Shown here in pieces: positions 1 to 13,599 of a stretch of 64,000 bases of DNA (position 1 is its first letter; each line of letters opens with the position of its first letter). The stretch is taken from positions 127,038,001 through 127,102,000 of the forward strand of contig NC_042997.1 in NCBI RefSeq assembly GCF_006345805.1, given 5' to 3'. The DNA comes from Octopus sinensis (taxonomy: Eukaryota). The notes beneath the pieces are model-generated. The model was not told where the DNA came from, did no database searches, and was given only the letters and a program-made list of their open reading frames with translations. Position numbers and translations under genes: made by a program.

Positions 1-634
1 TATCTATACAACTTTAGATTAAACTGTGATAGCAGTTGCTAACTCTTTTAAACCACCTCTGGTTTTGTCTTTCTACATCCACTTAACTCCCTTGACATGT
101 CCCTCTTTAAGTTTATCGTCTAGATTCTAGACGATTCTAGACACTAGAATCACATATTACCTTAATAATATGTCTGTATGTATGTATGTATGTATGATGT
201 TATGTATGTATGTATGTATGTATGTATGTATGTAGGTATGTATGTATGCATGCATGTATATATGTATCTATGTATGTATATATGTATATATGTATGTATG
301 ATGTAGTATGTATGTATGTATGTAGGTATGTATGTATGTATGTATGTATCTATATCAATCTAAATATATATATATATATATTATATATATATCTATATAT
401 ATATATATATCATATATATATATATATATAATAGATAAAACTCCACCTTTAAATTCTCTGCATCAAGCTCTGAAGGGTAAGCATTTTTTTACCCTGATGA
501 TACTGGCTCGATACATCCATTGTTTTATTTATTTGATTCCATTACTGGCTGCCTATTTTGGTGAACTACATCTACCAGCATTTTGATAGATCTCTGAGCA
601 TCCAGAAACACCTGCTGGACTTATAACACCTTAC

Positions 635-669
635 TTCCTCCTCCTTTAATTTTCTCTGTCGTTTGTGGT
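635..669 (-). CDS. Candidate 35-nt exon (xHKRQRKLKEEE)
   Basis: aatttacacag|...GAA|gtaagg, phase 1-0. The linking exon from upstream was not found. Confidence 0.3.
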
Positions 670-1046
670 CTGTGTAAATTTGGTACATTAATAAATGAAT
701 ATCTATATATTTATTCTTAAATATTCATCGTCTTGAAATCTTCAGTCTTTGCTCTCTTTCTGCTTTTATTTATACATCCATCCATCCATCCATCCATCCA
801 TCCATACATACATACATACATACATACATACATACATACATACATACTTACATACATACATACACGTGCGCTTGCGTGAGCGCGCGTAGACAACGTGAGC
901 GTTCTAACAACGGACAACGACACCACTCTGGCAAAACAGAATTAATACACACACACACACACACACATACACACACACAAGCGTGTGTATGTATGTATGT
1001 ATATATATATATACATATATATGTGTGTGTATGTATATATATATAT

Positions 1047-1085
<39 letters not shown>

Positions 1086-1305
1086 TATATTGATTATACA
1101 CACACACGCACATCACTTAATTTTAAAATATTTATTTATCAATCAATTGTTGTATGAATAACATAGATATAGGTATACAACAAATTATGTTTTTAATTTC
1201 GTTCTGTAGGTCGTAGCAGAATAATATTATAGATAAGGATGTTTTCTCTCTCGTTATATTAAAGTTCCAGCGTGTTTCATTTCAAAAAGATAAAGATGCA
1301 AATGA

Positions 1306-1440
1306 AAGAAGAAGAAGAAGAAGAAGAAGAAGAAGAAGAAGAAGAAGAAGAAGAAGAAGAAGAAGAAGAAGAAGAAGAAGAAGAAGAAGAAGAAGAAGAA
1401 GAAGAAGAAGAAGAAGAAGAAGAAGATGATGATGATGATA
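1306..1440. repeat. (GAA)n microsatellite; a (TTC)n tract lies at 4768-4910
   Basis: Seen directly. Confidence 0.95.
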
Positions 1441-1697
1441 TTGATGATGGAGATTACTTTTAAATAAAGCGAGAACCTCGTGAGAAAGAAAAATAACAGA
1501 GTTGAGTCAGAATTAACGCTATTTAGATATATAATCCTTTGTACTATGGACAAATGGCTTGAAATTTGTGGTGAGTGAGAGGACAATTACGCTGACCACA
1601 GTGTTCGACTGGTACTTATTTCATCAACCGTGAAAGGATGAAAGGCAAAATTAACCTCGGCGATATTAGAATATATGATGAATTCTTTTAGTCTCTC

Positions 1698-1920
1698 TTT
1701 TACTCTTTTACTTGTTTTAGTCATTTGACTGCGGCCATGCTGGAGCACCACCTTTAGTCGAGCAAATCGACCCCAGGACTTATTCTTTGTAAGCCTGATA
1801 CTTATTCTATCGCACTCTTTTGCTGAACCGCTAAGTTACGGGGACGTAAACACACCAGCATCGGTTGTCAAGCGATGTTGGGGGACAAATACACACATAC
1901 AAACACACACACACACATAT

Positions 1921-1960
<40 letters not shown>

Positions 1961-2126
1961 TACGACGGGCTTCTTTCAGTTTCCGTCTACCAAATCCACT
2001 CACAAGGATTTAGTCGGCCCGAGGCTATAGTAGAAGACACTTGCCCAAGGTGCCACGCAGTGGTACTGAACGCGGAACCATGTGGCTGGTAAGCAAGCTA
2101 CTTACTACACAGCCACTCCTGCGCCT
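1698..2126 (-). mobile_element. SINE family A, full length (tRNA head, CORE-like ccttgggcaag, central microsatellite, tail)
   Basis: Minus strand starts aggcgcaggagtggctgtg; B-box-like ggttccgcgttcagt; (aaaagagt)n tail; many copies in the window. Confidence 0.9.
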
Positions 2127-3152
2127 AGTTGATGAAAAAAAAAAGAATCTGAAAAGAAAGAGAAAAGCTAAATAGGGAAAAGGAGGGAAGGAGGGAGAAA
2201 GAGAGAGGGAGATAGTGAGAAAATGAAAGAAAGAGAGAAGCTCAGTTATGTATCAATCTAAACTGGTGCCCTAGTTTAAAACTAAGCATCTAGCTTCTAG
2301 TGAGATCTAGAATCGGAATCGTACATTTTCAGTTACCAGTTAAAACTACATTAAGGTAGGATGACGTGCATTTATAATCGACTAATCAACCAAGATAAAC
2401 ATCATACCATACAGCAGTTTTTCATAGTATTAAAGCGAGGGCCACTAAGATCAACCGCAGAGGTTGAGGGAGCTACCGGAGAATATATATCCTCAACTCT
2501 CGCGAAAATCAAGCCAGAGAGCAGACCAGTATAACAGAAGCAACTAGTCCTTACAAGGTTGAATTTTCCTTTGCGGAATTTCAGCCGGACTATAAAGGAC
2601 TTCTTGAATAATGACGAACTAACTTTGTTTCTGCGTCTCAGGCAAAGCTAATCTCTTCTGACCATCATTAAAGCACAGCTAAGTTCAAATTTTGTTGCCT
2701 ATATACACTACTGGCGACTATCATAAAATCTTTCGACTGTAATGTAAATACTGTAATTGCCTAAATAACAAATAAATTTATCTCAGCTACGAGCTCGTTT
2801 GGTTTCTAACATCAACTTAATATCTCATACACTAAACCTAAAAACGTAAATACTTTCTCGCTAATACGGTTATGCGATTGTATGCATACACGTTGGCATT
2901 TACACTAATTACAATAAATGCTCGATGGTATTTACGTTCTGAGTTCAAATTCCGCCGAGGTCAACTTTGCCTTTCATCCTTTCGAGGTCGATAAATTAAG
3001 TACCAGTTACGTACTAGGATCAATCTAATCGACTGACTCCCTCTCCAAAAATTTGTTGTTATAATACTAATAATAATAATAATAATAATAACAACAACAA
3101 TAATGTCGAAAAATACCTTAGGAATGAGAACCCGGGTTCGAAATTTCCCCAA

Positions 3153-3198
3153 GACACCTGATGAAGGCTGGAGGGTATATCAGCCGAAACGTTGTGTT
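3153..3198 (+). ncRNA. Minimal type-I hammerhead ribozyme motif in a Penelope-like short element (~3090-3425)
   Basis: Stem I GACAC/GTGTT; CTGATGA; stem II GGCTG/CAGCC; GAAAC-GT-T with palindromic AACGTT stem III. Confidence 0.7.
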
Positions 3199-3427
3199 AA
3201 CAACAAAGAAGATGAGGACAAATATCCGTTAAATGTAAATAATGTAAATAATGTACATAATTCATCATCTCTTAAATATAAAACTTTAGAGTCAAAACTA
3301 TTGATAATGTTGCAAGACGCAACGAAAATTTTAGAAAAATAAAAAAGAAATAAGTGGAAATTTTACCGGTGAGGGCGTTAAATTGTGAGGCACTAAAAGA
3401 GAATGACTCTCCCCAGAAACAACAGTT

Positions 3428-3461
<34 letters not shown>

Positions 3462-3572
3462 AATATATATATATATATAAAATTATATAAATAAGATCGT
3501 TAATTTAAATATCGATCTTATCAAGTGGCCATCATGGGAATTAAAAACTTCAAAGATAATAATTATTATTAA

Positions 3573-3758
3573 AATTATAATTTAGGGTATCTAAGAGATA
3601 CCGCCACACTGGAAATAGCAGCCAAAACTTGACTCCAAAACCACATTAAATGTTCATGCATTTAATGTGGTGTATGAACATTTAATGTGGTTTTAGAGTC
3701 AAGTTTTGGCTGCTATTTCCAGCGTGGTGCTATCTCTTAGATACCCTAAATTCTAATT
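3573..3758. repeat. Fold-back inverted repeat (~88-bp arms, 10-nt loop)
   Basis: tagggtatctaagagata...aatgttcatgca pairs with tgtatgaacatt...tatctcttagatacccta. Confidence 0.9.
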
Positions 3759-3759
3759 C

Positions 3760-3799
<40 letters not shown>

Positions 3800-5327
3800 T
3801 ACACACACACACATACGTACTTACCTATATACGCGCGTGGATGATTATCCTCGTATGTTAGCGTCTAAATTAAATTTGTTTTGCTTACGTTTCCTGTAAA
3901 TAGTTGTTCAACAAATAAAGATCGATCAGACTTAACAATAAGTATTGCGTTCGATATGATTGACTAAAGCCCTTCAAAACTTTGCCCCAGTATGACCCTG
4001 CACTTCAATAACTGAAACAAGGAAAATTGAAAAAGAGATTTAAATGATTTTTATTTGTTCTTTTGTCGCGGTGAAGTTCCTCTGTGCTCTATTGACCCGG
4101 AGAGCTATACTAGAGGTAGAGAAATATTCAAGCAGGTCTTACCAGGCCAGACAGGTCAAAGGGTAGGAGACAGGCAAAACCTTAATGGCAGTAAATCGAA
4201 GCGTTGGCAACAGGGCGTGGATTTAGTTATCGGTAGGACCTAACAGATCAGAATCCTAGCTTTGAACTAGCAGGATGTCATGCAGGGGATGTTGAATATA
4301 AGACAATGGATGAGACCCTAATATTCCTAGTTAGATGGAAACTGTGGGACCACATGGAGCAGCGCCTTGTGACTCCTACTGTATGCGCAACCGAAACCCC
4401 TCTATGGGATGACCTAGATCAAGATGAGATTTGTTCTCCATTCTCAACATATTCATTTTTAAAATACTATCACCTTTTAAGCAACATTTCCTTTTAAATA
4501 TACATTTACTACCGATGTAACATATTCTCGTAACCTCTCCCCATCTCTCTCTTCATCAGTCGTTTTCTATTTCACCTATTATCTTTAATGGCAATCTAAA
4601 TTTTACTTAAACAATTTACAGAACATATAGTTTCTTACGTTAAAAAAGATATATTGTTAATTCTCGTAAATCCACACCTTTCCGTACCACATCGCTTTAT
4701 CTCTTCTTTTCTTCTCACTCCTTTTTCTCTCCATTATACCTAATAGGTTTTACAACCTTAAACGCATTCTTCTTCTTCTTCTTCTTCTTCTTCTTCTTCT
4801 TCTTCTTCTTCTTCTTCTTCTTCTTCTTCTTCTTCTTCTTCTTCTTCTTCTTCTTCTTCTTTTTCTTCTTCTTCTTCTTCTTCTTCTTCTTCTTCTTCTT
4901 CTTCTTCTTTCTATGCTTGCATATATATGTATATTTTCTTTTCTCGGTTGCTAGGATTCATAAGGCCGCTTCTGTGACGCATAAGTGATCGAAATCAAAA
5001 TATTTCCCCCTGAACGGGACAGGGATCCGTTGCATGGTTCAAGGCCAACAATTTTGAAGGAAGGAGGAAGTCGATTACATCGATCTCAATACTTGATGGA
5101 CACTATCGACCCCGAAGGGATCAAAGGCAAAATTGACCGCGGCGGGATTTGAACTCAGAATGTAAAGAGTCGCACGAAATGCCGCCATTTATTTTAGCCT
5201 ATGTCTTAACGATTCTGTCTGCTCGCCGTCTTGTATGTATGTATGTATGTATGTATGTATGTATGTATGTATGTATGTATGTATGTATACCTTACACACA
5301 CACACACACGTATGTATATATATATGT

Positions 5328-5376
<49 letters not shown>

Positions 5377-6418
5377 GCGTGTGTGTGTACAGCATTTGTT
5401 AAATTAGGGATCGAGTGAATATGGACCCAAATAGAATTCAATGCATGATGTTTAAATAAGAAAATAAACTCACCAGAGTTCATTTTACATCTGGTTTTTC
5501 ATACTAGCATGGGTTAAGGGAATACATATAATTAAAAAAATGTTTTGTAGGTGGCTTCCTTCCCTGTCGCTAAACGTTACATGATTCTCAAGCAAAGATA
5601 GTTTTCATCACAGTTGTCTTCGAAATCGCAGAGGTATCGAGCAATTTTTTCACAGAGAAATCTTAGAAAACATTATCTTCGTAGCTTTTTCTTGTTAAGC
5701 ACCGAATGTAAACATTCACGCAGACACGCACATGTACACTCATACACTCACACATTTATATTTGATAACAGAGGGGGATCTCTGTCGTTCGGTGATGGAT
5801 ATTTAGTTAATCGATCAAACGAATTACTAGCTTCTGAACTAACATGCAAATTGCTGGTCATGTCAGAGTTACTTGCGTCCGTGACTTAATCCCCAGATAG
5901 AATGAGTGTGACACTGTGTCTGACGAAGGTATATTTAATTTGATACTGCTTCAATTGCATATTCCGGATTTTTGTTCAACCGGCTTCTGGTCGCAGCATC
6001 TGATTGTTTTATTCAGTTTCCCATATCGGAGGCAATGGATTTTCGTCCAGGCATGTGGCTGGCTGTGAGTACATGTCACTGAAAATATCTCAAAAGGTTA
6101 AGATGTACTGGCGTTCTAGCTGCTCCCTACTGGGGCGGTTTTTCATCTTCCTTTGATGTTTATTGTGTTTTTAGCACAACGCGTCCATGAGAGACATGTT
6201 ACTTGGGGATGACTACTGCACAACACTTCCATACAAAATGTTAATCTTAGGATGAACACCGCAATAGTTGACCTATCAGCGGTGTATATACATGTATCAT
6301 TAATAGATGGACATTTTAATTTAATACTGCTTCAATTGCATACAATGGATAAACATATTTATTTATTCATATAAATATGTGTACAGATTCATATTTATGT
6401 ATGTATACATGAACGCAT

Positions 6419-6452
<34 letters not shown>

Positions 6453-6619
6453 GTATTATATACACTAAGGTTGCGACATCTGTAGCGATTCCTAGAGAAT
6501 GAGCAAGTCAAAAAGTCAATTTGAAGCTACTAATTAATATATTTATGTTTTCCATCCATCTGGCAGAAATAGCAGTCAAATCTTCAAATTATACCATTGT
6601 ATAATATATTTCTAGATAT

Positions 6620-7150
6620 CTGTAAAACACGGAATGTCATGACTGTAATGCATTGATCGTAAGCGACCCTCAACGCAGACGTCTCAAGATAACGTAACTG
6701 ATGACGATGCACAGATATTCGCCGAATCTAATACACCTACAGGTCGGTTTTTGAAACTCATCTATTTTACGGTGTTGAATTCCTCTTGACCTAATCTGGC
6801 ATTTGGAACTTTTCCAGACGTCCGAGGGTTACTACCAGTGAAACAATACGACCGATAAGCCATATATATTTTTTTATGATTGGTTTTATATCCAATACTT
6901 TCATTACTAATCTGTAAGTAAATTTCACATTTATATATATTCTCATTATCTTTGAGAAATAGATGTATAAAAATAATTCGGTCTCCACATTAAATCTTGT
7001 GCTTCTTAACAAGTAGCAAGATCGTTTTCTATTCATTTCCACTTTGTCTAACCTTGTCAACTATGAACAAAGCAAAGGATTTTCTAGCTAATGTCTTACA
7101 ATTGTTATTCACCATAGAGTAGGCTTTTCTGGTTACTGTTATCGTGCTGA
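6620..7150 (-). mobile_element. Possible Penelope-like element remnant
   Basis: Weak resemblance of ETELFLYIYFSK..INVKFTY..DIKPII to the PLE RT/GIY-YIG linker. Confidence 0.3.
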
Positions 7151-7214
7151 ACATCAAGTCATAACGGATGTTATATTTTGGAGACGTCTACACCTAACGG
7201 AGAACGAATCCCAC

Positions 7215-7355
7215 TCGACTGAGTATGGCATGAAGTTTCCAGACATGAGTACTACTCACGTGTCAAGTTTCATCAAAATCGATAAAACGATGTAGGGGTT
7301 AGCTAACAACTTCACAAACACACCCAGCGACAGAATTTCCCACATATGTAGTAGA
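7215..7355 (-). mobile_element. 5' fragment of the same Helitron family
   Basis: Matches 15120-15249, including the A|TCTACTACATATGTG terminus. Confidence 0.8.
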
Positions 7356-7477
7356 TACAACATAGAAGTGAGGATTACTAGAAGCTAATTGGAGTAGAAA
7401 TTCCTAGTGTGGAGTAGTAAAATGCATCTTTGTTGCAATCACTTGAAAAAAGATGAGTATTTTATGTCATCTTCTGT

Positions 7478-7703
7478 TTACTCTTTTCTCTTTACTCTTT
7501 ACTCTTTTACTTGCTTCAGTCATTTGACTGCGGCCATGTTGGAGCACCGCCTTTCGTCGAGCAAATCGACCCCAGGACTTATTCTTTGTAAGCCCAGTAT
7601 TTATTCTATCGGTTTCTTTCTTCCGAACCGCTAAGTGACGGGGACGTACACACACCAGCATAGATTGTCAAGCGATGTTGTGGGGACAAACACAGACACA
7701 CAG

Positions 7704-7740
<37 letters not shown>

Positions 7741-7903
7741 CATACGACGGGCTTCTTTCAGTTTCCGTCAACCAAATCCACTCACAAGGCTTTGGTCGGC
7801 CCGAAGCTATAGTAGAAGACACTTGCCCAAGGTGCCACACAGTGGGACAGAACCCGGAACCATGTGGTTGGTAAGCAAGCTATTACCACACAGCCACTCC
7901 TGC
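7478..7903 (-). mobile_element. SINE family A, full length
   Basis: Colinear with 1698-2126. Confidence 0.9.
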
Positions 7904-7949
7904 ATCTGTTTCTAAACATTATTGTAGTATATTTAGCTGTATTTTCTTA

Positions 7950-10200
7950 ACAGGGAAAAGAGCATTACATTAAATCTTGAGAAATTGCTTCAAGGCAAAT
8001 GCGAAAGGGCAGAGCTTAAATTCAACGAGTTCTGTTAAGATGTGAGAGGTGTCTATTTTGATAATTAGTTTTGGTCCTACAATATCAATTGACAGTCACT
8101 AACTATACCATGGGTTTCTTGACTATAAGTTTGTCAGTTGTCATTTTAATGAAGAGGTTTAGGCCTGACACATAGATTACACAAAGTCATTTTATCTGTA
8201 ATGTGTTTTGTCAATAGGTTATTACAAGTTATCCTTTTCATATAAACAATTTGTCGTTCTAGGCCGAGCTGTTATGAATTTTGATGAGTTTTTTTATATC
8301 TATCTGTTCATCATTTAAAAACAATTCATTAGATTTTGCAATTTCAGAAATTGTTCTTAAGGTATCTGCAATCAAATTATGTCAGTCATCAGGTAATATT
8401 ATATTCCATAAGAGAACTCTGGGAGCTGTTGTTTCTAACGACACAACATCTAAACGCTTTGTTTACATGTTTCTGTTGTTTGAAATGTTTCAGAAAATAA
8501 AGAATAATTACGAAAATAACTTGCCATTATTAAGCTGGGGTAAAGGTGCATGGCTTAGTGATTAGGTTAGGTCGTAAGTTCGATTTCCCACGGCGCATTG
8601 TGTCCTCGAGTCAGGCATTTTATTTCACGTTGCTCTAGTTCATTCAGCTGGCAAAAAAAAGTGGTACCTGTATTTCAAAATGCAGGTCTTGTCACATTCT
8701 GTGTTGCGTTGATTTTCCCTGAGAACTACGTGAGGGCAATCGTGTCTGTGGAGTACTCAACCGCTTGCACGTTGATTTCAAGAGCTGGCTGTTCTGTTGA
8801 TCGGTTCTACTGGAACTCTCGTTATCGGAACCGACGGAGAGAAGAATATTGAGCTGGTCTTTGGAACATAAATTAACATGGAACTATTGTAGAAGCTTTC
8901 AATTTAAATCACCATGAAACAAAAATATTGCATCATAGACCCAAGGGTAGTCTCAGGCGGGTTGTTATTAAAAATCTATAGCATATTTAGTTCAACAAAC
9001 TATCTTATAGGAAATCTATTGTAAACTGGCTTATGAGAAATTAGAATTAGAATTAGAAAACAATGTCATGATTTTCCACCTAATTTCACTATCGCAGTGG
9101 CTTCTAATTTTGCAACTGGCCTTATCGTTTCCATGTGAATAGAAACAAATTGGATACCTATTTTATATTTCAACAGAATCTATTGACGATAGAGACACGT
9201 CTGTTTCAAGAGAAAGCTGTGAACCAGGTGTCAAAACAGATAACGAGACCACTGCGCCGTCGTCATTCAGTTTCTTAATTGAATCAAGTCACATTGTTTT
9301 GCTTGTAACAATTGCGTTGCAGTTTCAGTCAAACTTTTTATATATTTTGAATAATTACAATTAAACCAATAGAATTATCAAGTTTCCTTTAATTTCTAAA
9401 CACAGAGAACCAAAGTAGTAGTCGCAGTTTATCAGAGTCCAGCATTTTCTTTTTTCTCTAAAAATGTGACCCAGAAACGACAATTCAGTCACATTAAAGT
9501 TAAATTTGGAAAAATATGTTGTATATTTTCACCATAGATCCTTTTTATATTCTCCATATATCACTACACCGTCAAGGTAAAGAACTAATCTTTAAGTCCA
9601 TAATTTCTTTGATTATCCTGCTAAAAATCATTACGCCTTTTTGTAACACCGAAAGGTCATCGCGTGAACTGGTATAATTCATTCTTTGGTTGAAAGGCCG
9701 TCAAAGCTGCGCTCTGGGAGGCAGAGTATTCATAATATACGGAACAAAAGTCAACTATACTGAAATGATAATTTCTGTTAATTTGGCTTAAAACATCCCT
9801 AATGAATTGAAAGGGAAATGAATCTAGTTACGTGCATCTATTAATAGTAGTGTACTACTAAACGCCTTTTTCCCCCACTCTTGTTGACTACAACAAATTG
9901 ACAACGTCATAATGACCTAGAAGGTATAATTATTCTCTCAGTTAGAAGTTTATTAATCTCAACTTTAATGAATCGGCAGTCTTCAAAAGAGCGATACTGA
10001 GTGGAGCTAAGTATGGGTTTTGCTTTCACAAGAATGCCCAAGTTTGAATTAGTGAATATTCGATGTTTTGAAAGTTTGTGAAATATGATATCAAATTTCA
10101 GATTAACACGTGCAACAGACACAGTTAAAATCGGGAGATTACCTTTTAATTCCATCTGAAGTTAAAGGTAACCTATCCTATTAATAAATAACAATATATT
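7950..10200 (-). mobile_element. Degenerate Ty3/Gypsy LTR-retrotransposon pol remnant (RT-RNaseH-integrase), split by a SINE
   Basis: Minus-strand fragments in Gypsy domain order: YRSFEDCRFIKVEINKLLTERIIIPSRS (~9910-10000), FSIVDF..VYYE, TAF..ELYQF..PFGV, YLDG (~9570), RPVA..EATAIV, IADTLR (~8350), LSIDIVGP..CPFAF (~8000-8100). Many stops and frameshifts. Confidence 0.8.
8542..8845 (+). mobile_element. SINE family C (tRNA head aaggtgcatggcttagtg, CORE-like), inserted in the Gypsy remnant
   Basis: Matches 48988-49312 and the reverse complement of 63450-63757. Confidence 0.85.
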
Positions 10201-10399
10201 CTTCTGTACGTAGCTAATATATCCATTACATAATAAGATTATGTAAACCTATTTCCGTTTAACCTGAATTTTTTTTACTAGTTTCTCTTCTTCCACCTCC
10301 TTCCTTCTGATGTCTGTTACGTCATTTTCTGTTTTATATTTGTTGGTTTCCTTGAAGGCTGAAACAGTTTTTATTTGTTCGTGTTTTGCAACCATTTGT

Positions 10400-12300
10400 A
10401 TTAGTTTTCTCGATATTCTGTATTTTCTTTCTTTTTTGTATTAATACAGTAGAGATCTTCTAGTTGTAGAAGACTCATACATTTCCGTATTCATCATAAA
10501 TGATATTTCTGTGTCAGCTTTTGAGTAACGTATTCAATTTGCAATCATTAGTTTTCTTGTTTTTCGATCTAGTCCTGCTAATTCACTTAGTTTACACTTG
10601 AGAATATTATAACTATAACTTGTTATTAGAACAACTTGGGTATTGAAAGCTATTACCATATTTTCAGTCTTCGTTCAGGTTTAAGTATTAATCTAATATG
10701 TCTATAAGATTTTTCATCATATTTTCTTTTATTACTGTGTTGTAATTTTTTTATCCTGTCCCATTAATTACAAAGTAGTACTTGCAAGTCTGTGTCGGCC
10801 AAATTTGTTTATTTCTGTTTTCTTCTTTATTTTTCTTCTTTGTTTTTGATATATATGACATGATATTAGCCGGTTTATGTACAAGTTCAGTTTAGCATTT
10901 TTTTCTTGTCCGAATTTTATATAAATTTATCTGGTAAATCCATGTGTTGTCTATAGCCGTGTTTCTAGTTATTTATCTACTACTGAGATCTACAACTTGA
11001 GATCCTCAAAATACAAAAGATATTTGATTATCTCCTCACAGAATTTGAATAAGATTAGTGTTGGTTTGGCATGTTGTTTACCTGTGCTAATACAAAGCAG
11101 ATATGAAAAGGAGCGAACACAAGAAGTCCTGGAAAATTACTCTGCTTACAACGATCTTATCGTTTTTTAAAATTACGTCTTTCGTATGAATCTGTATATT
11201 GTCTCCGTGACAAGCATACTGTACAATTTTGTTATTAGTGCTACATTACTATTGGCAAAACTTCCCAGAATCCGCGAGTGCGTTTACTTGTCAAAGCCCT
11301 TATGTAATCAATAAGACTCTTTTATCTCCTCACACAGTCTATAGTTATGATTTTGTTGATCAGCAAGCGATGCAAAAGAGTCTTTAGGAAAATCTAGTTG
11401 GTCTCTGAAGGAGTATAGTACTTTTTCAAGTGGGAATTTGTATTTTGTCAAAATACCGATGCTAAAGCTTTATATATTCTAAGCAAATAGGGTAAATATC
11501 TGTATACTTTTAGGTAATGATGCTTCTTCACTCATATATATAAAAACTTGGATATTTTGTTTATTCCTATTGTCTACAGAGATACTGTTTCTGATTCTTT
11601 TAATAAATCGATGAATATTTCTTGCCAGGAATTTAGCATGTTATTTTCAAATGCTTTCCAGTTGCTTATAAACAACTTATGGAATTATTTCCTGTTACGA
11701 TTGTTCTGGTGTTGCGCTTACTGATTTAGCATTCTCATTTGAGGTGTTATAATCTCTGTTTATACTCCTCTCGGAAAATTCGTTTAATTCTTTTCCTCAT
11801 GGCAAAGCATTAATTTGCATTCTGATTTAACTCAAGTTCTTGATAAATCATTTATGACTGGAGACATGCTGCTTTTGTGGTTCAAAATAGTGTTACAATT
11901 TTTACAATTCTTAGTTCATTTAGTGAAGATTGCTTGCTTTAGGAGCTGTTTGATTTTAAATTCCATTAAAAAACAAACAAACAACATTTCTGTTGTATTT
12001 ATGTAATCTTTCTTCTTTTCGTTCGTATGTTTTCGGTGTTGATATCAAAAAGAGATAAGATATTCTTTTTAAAATTTTGTGTTCTATAATCATCTTTGCT
12101 GGTTTTCTAAATTTTTGTTTTGTTTCAGAATATTCTATCCAACAATCCCTGAAAAGTAAACCACGTATATTTGTGACTATTTCGGCTTCGACACGAATTA
12201 GTTGTTCTTGTTTAACAAGTCAAGGTATAAGCAATCGAGTTGCGACCCCTCCATCTGTTTAGAATTCCATAGAACTGCATTTAGCGAAGGGTGTGATATT
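10400..12300 (-). mobile_element. Degenerate R4/Dong-like (restriction-endonuclease type) non-LTR retrotransposon
   Basis: KSYRHIRLILKPE..NMVIAFNTQVV..ELAGLDRKTRKLM (~10520-10710) resembles the R4-clade RT thumb motif; a DYxxAFD-like motif lies near 11310. Confidence 0.7.
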
Positions 12301-13599
12301 TCCTTGAGTATGGGCCAAAGTTAAAAGCAAATTGGTCAGAGTTGGATACATAAGAATTTTCTGTTTGTTTCCGACTTTGTTAAAAGAAATAGTGGATATG
12401 TATTCTGCATTATATCAATTCAGTTTCCATTCATGGTCAAAATTTGGGTTACTGTGCTTAAAACTTTTTTTCCGTTAGAGAAAATGTTGGGAAAGCAATA
12501 GAAGTTATTTTGGCTTCGTTCCACAATAAATAAAATATCATACTTCATTGTATCACTTTTTACATAAACCTTGACTTTCAGAAAAATCATTTTTGTTTCT
12601 TCGTTATTTTGTAACTAAATGTTGGTGTCTTGCAATTCAACTTTTTATTCTATTTTGCACACACACTCGGTTCCGGTTCATGTGCCTTGAGGTGTACCTT
12701 GGTTAAAAGCTAGCATCCACCATTTCTAATGAAAGTAATAACATGTAAACACGTACTATCGAATACTGAAGAATTGTGACATTTGAGCTGAATAGATTTA
12801 ATGCTCAGCAGTTGTTTCTTGTTACAGCAAGTCAATAAAAAAGTACAACGATTTTCCTTGCAGAATTTATACACACGAGAAGGATACACAGAAGATAAAT
12901 TCAATGTACTTTTCAATACGTGCTTTTTTGTGGCTTGTCTTTTCCATCGAATTGATTATTTTCTTCATAAATAATTATTTTTAGTATTTTAGCAACACAT
13001 TTTAAGAATATGTACTTTTACATATCAGCTCTTTTTTATGAATTCAGAAATATAAGCTTCGTAAAATTACAAATACAAATTAATTATATAGTCTTTCAGA
13101 TAAAAGTTTTAGATATAATCATATTATTTATTGTTGTGTATAATTTCAATTAGATTTGATATGTAGAATTAATGTGAAAAATTTGTCTAGGATACGATTT
13201 TGTTTTAATGTTATTTATATTTTTATACTTTTAAATTTTACATATTTCTTGCTATCATTGAGCAAAGGGGAAAATGGTGAAAATGATTCAAGTTGACAAC
13301 CAATTCAACAAAAAATAAACAAACAATAAACAATAAACAACATGAAAAAAAAATATAGGAAAAGTTCGCCACTATAGCAACGTATTTACAATAAGAATTT
13401 ATTGCTCTGTTGTTACATGAATGACAACCTACAAATCTCTTCTGTGAAAATATCTAACAGCACCTTACAGAAAACAGCACTTATAGGAAAAGCACCCGGA
13501 AAAGATGCTAACTGTATATTTTAGTATATTATGTAATATATATAATATATCATAATGTATTACAGTGACAAAGGATAGCGGGAGCATTTGAAAGCTGCT

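Noticed and set aside
525-611. Minus-strand terminal exon VFLDAQRSIKMLVDVVHQNRQPVMESNK*
   Set aside because: It is only 23 nt from the 635 donor, too short for an intron; its status is unresolved.
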